Positions 58,416 to 64,000 of a stretch of DNA of 64,000 nt are shown piece by piece. Below the pieces are notes generated by a model that was given only the letters and a program-made list of their open reading frames with translations, ran no database searches and had not been told where the DNA came from. The stretch lies in contig JBEKGO010000004.1 of the NCBI GenBank assembly GCA_050012755.1, positions 1-64,000 of the forward strand, written 5' to 3'. The stretch is from Candidatus Bathyarchaeia archaeon. Lineage in GTDB: Archaea > Thermoproteota > Bathyarchaeia > Bathyarchaeales > Bathycorpusculaceae. How positions within the stretch are numbered: position 1 is the stretch's first letter; the number at the start of each line of letters is the position of its first letter. The translations under genes were made by a program, and so were the position numbers.

Positions 58416-59057
58416 TTGGTTAATTATTTATTCACATGTGCCACATTAGTTTTCATGGGAAAGCTTTTATTTTCAGGTATTACTAACCTGACGATAAGTG
58501 TTACTGATTTGTCGGAGCAAACAACGAAAAATCGTGTTAGCGTCAATATCGCATTAATCAGCGTATTCAGTGCACTTTGGGTAGTTCTAAATCTAACAGT
58601 CGCTCCACTGGGCTTTGCTATTTTTCATTTGCCCGTCGTTCACAGTTTGATAATTTTTTTCATGCTTATCCTCGTAACTTGGGCAACGGGTCAATATGGT
58701 GCTGCATCGGTTGTTAGTATTATTGGATCGGTGATTGTAGTGCTTGCAAATCCGCAAGTGCTTCCGGTACTGGGTTTTGTACCTGCAGCGTTTCTATTTG
58801 ATTTATTGTTACTACTGAATCATCATAACATTAATTTGAAGCCGAGAAACATTGCACTAGTTGTCTTTGGTTCGATTGTGTGTGCTTATGTTGCCGCTGT
58901 TGTTAATGGGCTTGTGATCCTTAATTTTGCGTTGATGTTTACGTTGACTGTTTGGGCAGGCTGGAATGTTTTGGGCGGAATAGTTGGTGTTGTAATTGCT
59001 TTGCCAATCGTCGGGGTTCTCGAAAAAGCCCAGGTTAAGAGAGTCAAAATATCTTAG
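58416..59057 (+). CDS. Multi-TM protein, ECF S-component-like
   Basis: ~6 TM helices, IALISVFSAL start, LEKAQV end; start uncertain. Confidence 0.65.
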   Translation: MVNYLFTCATLVFMGKLLFSGITNLTISVTDLSEQTTKNRVSVNIALISVFSALWVVLNLTVAPLGFAIFHLPVVHSLIIFFMLILVTWATGQYGAASVVSIIGSVIVVLANPQVLPVLGFVPAAFLFDLLLLLNHHNINLKPRNIALVVFGSIVCAYVAAVVNGLVILNFALMFTLTVWAGWNVLGGIVGVVIALPIVGVLEKAQVKRVKIS

Positions 59058-59153
59058 ACAGAAATAATTTATATCTAAAACTTGGAAAAAGCAAGTGGGA
59101 ATTTGTATAATTTATATATTAATTGTATATAATCAAGATACCGAGGACATGGC

Positions 59154-59891
59154 ATGGCTTGGTACGATGACCCCACAATTGTAGTTGCTGTTGCATTAGT
59201 GATAATTTTCGCTATTGCGGTAGTTATATATGCCATGAGCAGAATGGGGAGGAAACCTCAGCCAAAGAAGCCTAAAAAAACCGCTGAAGATCAGAATCTT
59301 GATTATTCTGGTTTACCATTCAAAATTTCCAAAAGCGTTCAAGCAACGACTGCCGTTAACGCAAAAGATGAGTTACGAATGCTTGATTTGGAGCGTGAGA
59401 TTTTAAGTGATGCAATTCGGCATTTGTATGAAGCACAAGCAGAAGGAAAAATTAACGAGCAAGAACGCGAAAAGCTTGCCGCCAGCTACAAAGCACGAAT
59501 GATGTCTATTAAAGAGTCTATTTCAAAAGATGAAACCATAGTGGCACTTCATGATCTAGAGGGAATGCAGGAAGATCTAATGAAACTCTTCAGCGAACGC
59601 TTCGGAGAATTAACCTCCAAAGTTGATGAACTTAGAACAAAAATCGATGTTAAACCAATAAAAGAAATCCCTATAAAATTACCTGCTCAAACATCGCCTT
59701 CACAAATGGAAAAAATCGAGGATGCAGAGGAGGAAGAGGAAGAAGCAGACGAGGAAAAGCAGAAAAGGAAGCGTAAGTCGCCAGAAGAACAACCAGTTGC
59801 TAAAACGGAAGCTGAAAAACGAATAGATACAATCCGAAGTGAAGTTGAGAAGGTTTTAGATAAACTAGGGCAGATGGAAATTGACACATAA
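59154..59891 (+). CDS. Membrane-anchored coiled-coil hypothetical protein
   Basis: N-terminal TM, helical charged region, acidic stretch, ends LGQMEID. Confidence 0.75.
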   Translation: MAWYDDPTIVVAVALVIIFAIAVVIYAMSRMGRKPQPKKPKKTAEDQNLDYSGLPFKISKSVQATTAVNAKDELRMLDLEREILSDAIRHLYEAQAEGKINEQEREKLAASYKARMMSIKESISKDETIVALHDLEGMQEDLMKLFSERFGELTSKVDELRTKIDVKPIKEIPIKLPAQTSPSQMEKIEDAEEEEEEADEEKQKRKRKSPEEQPVAKTEAEKRIDTIRSEVEKVLDKLGQMEIDT

Positions 59892-60603
59892 TCTGGATCC
59901 AATTCAGAAGGCAAAGCAGAAGGCAGCTTTTGAGGCGGTTAAACATGTTAAAGACGGCTTCATTGTTGGTTTAGGCAGCGGTAGCACAGCTGCTTTCGCC
60001 ATAGAAGCCCTAGGCGAGAGAGTGAAAACTGAAAAGCTTCACGTTATGGGTATTCCTACTTCTTACCAAGCCTTTCTGTTAGCCGTTGACTGCGGAATTC
60101 CAATTACAACTCTAGATGAACACTCAGAAATTGATGTAACAATTGATGGAGCAGACCAAATAACTCCTCAACTGGATTTGATAAAAGGCATGGGAGCTGC
60201 GTTGGTAAGGGAAAAGATTGTTGCTGCAGCCTCTAAACTCAATGTGATAATTTGTGATGAAAAGAAAAAGGTGAAACTTCTTGGCGAAAATAATCAGGTT
60301 GTGCCGATTGAAGTTTTACCCTTCGCCATTTCACTTGCAAAACGAAAAATCATCGATGCTGGAGGAAAGCCTATTCTGAGAGAAGGCAAGGACAAGCTTG
60401 GTCCAGTGATAACTGACAATGGGAATGCCATTTTAGACTCTTATTTTGGAGAAATCGCTAATCCAGCTCAGTTAGCAGTTAAGATAAAGATGATTCCAGG
60501 TGTTGTGGAAACAGGTTTCTTCATTGGATTAACTGATATTGCTTACGTGGGCACAGTTAGAGCTGTCGAGAAAATTGAGAAGTTAAGATTTAGTCGACTT
60601 TAG
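59881..60603 (+). CDS. rpiA: Ribose-5-phosphate isomerase A
   Basis: GLGSGST, IDGAD, IKGMGAALVREK, TDNGN, PGVVETG. Confidence 0.96.
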   Translation: MTHNLDPIQKAKQKAAFEAVKHVKDGFIVGLGSGSTAAFAIEALGERVKTEKLHVMGIPTSYQAFLLAVDCGIPITTLDEHSEIDVTIDGADQITPQLDLIKGMGAALVREKIVAAASKLNVIICDEKKKVKLLGENNQVVPIEVLPFAISLAKRKIIDAGGKPILREGKDKLGPVITDNGNAILDSYFGEIANPAQLAVKIKMIPGVVETGFFIGLTDIAYVGTVRAVEKIEKLRFSRL

Positions 60604-60658
60604 ATTTTTTCGTTGCGACTAGTCGTAGGCAATAGTTGTTGCTACTAAAGTTGGGTGC

Positions 60659-60940
60659 TTAATCAATTCTATTTATGTTCGTCCCGCCAAATATACCGCC
60701 ATCGTCATTTGACCGGAAATAATTGTATAGTCTTTCCCCTTTTTCGGTGATAGTATACAATTTCTTATTTCCAACCTTTTTTTCTACGATTAATTGGGCG
60801 TTTACCAAAAATTCGAGGGCTTCTTTTGGAGATTCTAATTTGAGGTCAGCTTCTTGCATTATTTGTTTTTGGGTGATCAAATCTCCGTTTTCTAAGACCT
60901 TAATTACGGCGAGGTATTTCTCCATTCTCGAAAGTGCCAC
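60659..60940 (-). CDS. Winged-helix DNA-binding protein
   Basis: SRMEKYLAVI..IMQEADL..LEFL..YTITEKG. Confidence 0.8.
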   Translation of the reverse strand: MALSRMEKYLAVIKVLENGDLITQKQIMQEADLKLESPKEALEFLVNAQLIVEKKVGNKKLYTITEKGERLYNYFRSNDDGGIFGGTNINRID

Positions 60941-61110
60941 AACGTTCGCCCTTGTACTAAAGAAAATTTTAACCTCAGAACTATTAAGCCTTTCCTCTTA
61001 AGACTGATTTCATGTGATACAATTTGGAGCTTAATTTCTCTTTCGACCTAAATTCCTCTTCAAAAATGAGAAAACAATGTTGTCCAGATTAGAAAATGGG
61101 TTATTTTTGT

Positions 61111-61362
61111 TTAGCCAGGTTTCTGGAAGGTGTCTCTAACATGTGTTATGTGAGAATGGACATAATCCTGTTCAGATAGTGCTTTGATAATTAAGTCTTG
61201 AATAGCAGCATTCAAATTGCCGTTATAGTAGGATCTAACAATTTTCTCTGCAAACTCTGTGATAAGCGACGCTGGCACATCGTGCATTGTTAAATCAAGT
61301 GCGAGGTTTTCCTCGGTAGTTAAAGCAATTGTTTTCTTTTTCATGGCAGTCACGTGTGTCAC
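61111..61362 (-). CDS. Hypothetical protein (RHH-like)
   Basis: DLTMHDVPASLITEFAEKIV..LNAAIQDLI. Confidence 0.6.
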   Translation of the reverse strand: MTHVTAMKKKTIALTTEENLALDLTMHDVPASLITEFAEKIVRSYYNGNLNAAIQDLIIKALSEQDYVHSHITHVRDTFQKPG

Positions 61363-61621
61363 GTTATCGTTTTCTAACGGTTAAAAAGCAAGTGGAGACG
61401 CAACTGTTTCAGCCAGTAGAGGGTCGAGTGAAAGTGAAATCGATGCAAGCAATCTTTTAAATTTTGAAAATAACTTCAAATTAGTTATAACTGTGGCATT
61501 GCTATTACCGGTTCGGTTCTCAAAAAGCCTTAGTGTTGTGCTATGTCCTTTAATAGAAGTTTTCATCATGCATTAGTTGGTTACTGAACCTCGTATTTTG
61601 GTTTAGAAACTGTAAAAGTGA

Positions 61622-62014
61622 TTGAAAATGAAAGTTCTGTTTGTTTGTGTTGAAAACGCTGGAAGAAGCCAAATGGCTGAAGCTTTCGCCAACAAATATG
61701 GGCAAGGAAAACTAACTGCGCAAAGCGCCGGAATAAAGTTAGCGCCCCAAGTAAACCCAGTTGTCGTGCAAGCTATGAAGGAGAAGGGCATCGATATATC
61801 CAGCAACAAACCCAAAATGCTTACTCAGGAAATGGCGAACCAAGCTGACTTGATTGTTACTATGGGTTGTGGGGGTTCTGATTTTTGCCCTGGTCCCTTT
61901 TTTAAGGAAAACGTTGATTGGGTTCTTGAGGATCCGAAGGGCAAATCGATCGACAAGGTGCGGGAAATCAGAGATGAAATTGAGCGCAGGGTTCAAAAAC
62001 TTATTTCTAGCTGA
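61622..62014 (+). CDS. arsC: Arsenate reductase / LMW-PTP family
   Basis: FVCVENAGRSQMAE, TMGC, CP, EDPKG. Confidence 0.9.
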   Translation: MKMKVLFVCVENAGRSQMAEAFANKYGQGKLTAQSAGIKLAPQVNPVVVQAMKEKGIDISSNKPKMLTQEMANQADLIVTMGCGGSDFCPGPFFKENVDWVLEDPKGKSIDKVREIRDEIERRVQKLISS

Positions 62015-62062
62015 ATGCGCATAATATGATTATAACGTTATTTGTTATCAAGGGGGTCAAAT

Positions 62063-62398
62063 GTGTCTCTGGCTAATTTTAAAGCATGTCTAAAGGAAAA
62101 AGAGTTGAAAGATGGATACATGAAGCAGGTACGCGTTTCTGGCAGATCCATTCTATTAGTGAAGCAGGGTGGTCAAATTTTTGCTGTTTCAAACATTTGC
62201 CCTCATGAAGGCTGTTCACTGGACAAAGGCATCCTTTATGAATACACAGTAATGTGCCCATGTCATGGATGGAAGTTTGACGTGCGAAATGGACAGTTTG
62301 TGGAAAATAAGTTGACAACCTTGGCAACGTATCGATGTAAAATAGAAAATGGAAAAATCTATGTTGAAGTAGCTAACGGGCGCTCACTATTTTCTTGA
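62063..62398 (+). CDS. Rieske [2Fe-2S] ferredoxin
   Basis: CPHEG..CPCHGWKF. Confidence 0.9.
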   Translation: MSLANFKACLKEKELKDGYMKQVRVSGRSILLVKQGGQIFAVSNICPHEGCSLDKGILYEYTVMCPCHGWKFDVRNGQFVENKLTTLATYRCKIENGKIYVEVANGRSLFS

Positions 62399-62517
62399 TA
62401 AATAACCACGCAAAGAGTTTTAATTACAATGTGGTCGGCTTTTGTTTGACTTCATTTTTTTAGCTCAAAATAGTTTGTGGATTAATATTTTAATAACTTT
62501 AGTATTGAGAGTAAGCT

Positions 62518-62727
62518 GTGATTGATGTGCCCGTAGCAAGTGGTTTGTCTTCTGAAATACGTCGAAAGAAAAGAACAATCGGCATAATTGCAATAGCTCT
62601 AATTTTGCTGTTCACTGTTTTGGCCATCGCAGGAGATATTTCATTTATAGCCTGGATTATCGCCGATTTAGTTGTGGCTTTGATAGCTAACTTGCTGCTG
62701 AGGAGAATTGGGAGAGTAACCCTCTAA
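62518..62727 (+). CDS. Small two-TM protein
   Basis: 69 aa, two hydrophobic helices. Confidence 0.6.
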   Translation: MIDVPVASGLSSEIRRKKRTIGIIAIALILLFTVLAIAGDISFIAWIIADLVVALIANLLLRRIGRVTL

Positions 62728-62816
62728 GTTGCATCGATAAGTGTCAAATTCAAAGGAAAGAAGGTTGAAAAAGTAAAAAAATCGAGATAAGATTGAGAAG
62801 AGATACCAACTGGAGT

Positions 62817-63470
62817 TTATGGCGTGGTATTCTCAGCTGGAGTAGTTGAGAAGGAATGAAGAGAAGATTCAAGAGTCCATGAATCTGGATTTTGATATTT
62901 AACTACAGGTGTTGCATGTCTTAGTCTCTCTGTTTCTCTGGTGTCAAAGTAGCATGTGATTTCGATAATTGTTTCTTTGTGTTTTTGTTTTTCTTCTGCG
63001 AAAGATTCGAAAAGTTTCTTGAATTTGTCTAAGTTTATTTGCAGTTTTGAGAATTCGTCGGACATTGTTCTAATTGCACTTGATTGTGCATACTCCGTGT
63101 ATGCCTCTGTAAGTTGGTCTTCGAGTGTGACGAGTTCTTTGAGTATTTCGGAGGCAACCTCATTGTCTACGCTGTTGATTTTTGAGACTTTTTTAGTAAA
63201 AGCTGAGACGCTGTTGGTTAATTCTGAGAAATTCTTTTTAGGATTTGTTTTTTCGGTTTCAGGCGCTTCTATGTAATCGAGTATTCCTTGAATAATTTTG
63301 GCACATTTCAGGCTATCATAAGCGAAGCCTAAGACAAAGCAGTTTTCAGGCTGGTTGACTTTCTTGGAAAATGTTCCATAAAGATTAAAGGCTTCGAGTT
63401 CTAGCTTGTTGCAGCATCTTAAATAATGGGCACTTTCTTGCAGCTTTTCATTCATTTTTCTTTGCCCCAT
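62817..63470 (-). CDS. Ferritin-like helical hypothetical protein
   Basis: LE..A..LY, LE..L.E.Y and EE..H spacing; YQNPDSW tail. Confidence 0.65.
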   Translation of the reverse strand: MGQRKMNEKLQESAHYLRCCNKLELEAFNLYGTFSKKVNQPENCFVLGFAYDSLKCAKIIQGILDYIEAPETEKTNPKKNFSELTNSVSAFTKKVSKINSVDNEVASEILKELVTLEDQLTEAYTEYAQSSAIRTMSDEFSKLQINLDKFKKLFESFAEEKQKHKETIIEITCYFDTRETERLRHATPVVKYQNPDSWTLESSLHSFSTTPAENTTP

Positions 63471-63865
63471 TGAATTTGTGTATTGAGTATTAATATTGAA
63501 TATTAATAAATGTTATCCGTTTTCCCTTTCTCTGTCTTTCTGTTCAGCGCATGTACAAAACACGTTTTGGCAAGTGCACTTCTAATCTAAAATCTATCTT
63601 TCAACGACCTTTCATAACTCACCTAAATCAACGATTACCTTGTTTTCTGAATTATTGAATTTCTCAGTGTTCCGCTTCAGCTTTAAGTTCACCTCAACTT
63701 AGACATGGGTAACGTAGTAGTCAAGAGTCCACAGTCAGGTTAAATTGTTGGCTCTCCCTATAATTAATAGAGACATTCTAGTGTAATAATTGAACGTGGG
63801 ATCGGCTAAAGTGGCAACCATATTTGTAAAGGGAGTCGAAATCACGTTGCAACTTTAAGAAGTAT

Positions 63866-64000
63866 TCAGTTCTCCTGTCTAGTGCGTCGGAAATAGAATA
63901 CGGCAAACGCAACCAGCAACACTATTGCAATTACGGAACCTACTAATATTGCCCATGATGATGCGGAAATCTCTGGTTCACTATGCATGTTTGAGGCGCC
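63866..64000 (-). CDS. C-terminal fragment of a membrane-anchored protein (partial)
   Basis: ..EPEISASSWAILVGSVIAIVLLVAFAVFYFRRTRQEN*. Confidence 0.65.
   Translation of the reverse strand, partial: GASNMHSEPEISASSWAILVGSVIAIVLLVAFAVFYFRRTRQEN

Overview
Archaeal chromosomal window; gene content and style suggest Candidatus Bathyarchaeia (inference, not a database result). 1-20 kb is accessory: two GT-C glycosyltransferases, a large NosD/beta-helix surface protein, and an integration hotspot around divergent tRNA-Thr(GGT) and tRNA-Leu(TAG). The hotspot has several tRNA-derived repeats bracketing VapBC, HicAB, an SSV1-type integrase remnant, Kelch proteins, a nitroreductase and a histone gene. 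A PAS histidine kinase/response regulator pair follows. 20-33 kb is mixed housekeeping (aIF2-alpha, DtxR-FeoA/FeoB with operator boxes, pyrF). 33-51 kb holds an aromatic operon (Asp kinase, aroA'/aroB', aroDEKAC, chorismate mutase, aminotransferase, tyrA) converging on an ilvBN-leuCDBA-pheA operon. 51-64 kb is mixed. Main highlights: (1) unannotated leader peptides upstream of both amino-acid operons, enriched in the cognate amino acids (..FDYYFYRYFP before the Phe/Tyr operon; ..VLIL before ilv-leu) and sharing a GCCCAGG..CTGAAAA motif after the stop, i.e. candidate ribosome-dependent attenuation in an archaeon; (2) a non-coding array between the tRNAs of five ~65-bp repeats, each preceded by a different 10-bp-period motif block; (3) an RRE-radical SAM/SPASM enzyme encoded next to a membrane protein with a (CA)n Cys-rich tail; (4) a 20-aa H1-like Lys-rich micropeptide divergent from a histone gene, flanked by mini tRNA-Leu-like elements; (5) ORB-like dyad+G-string repeats.
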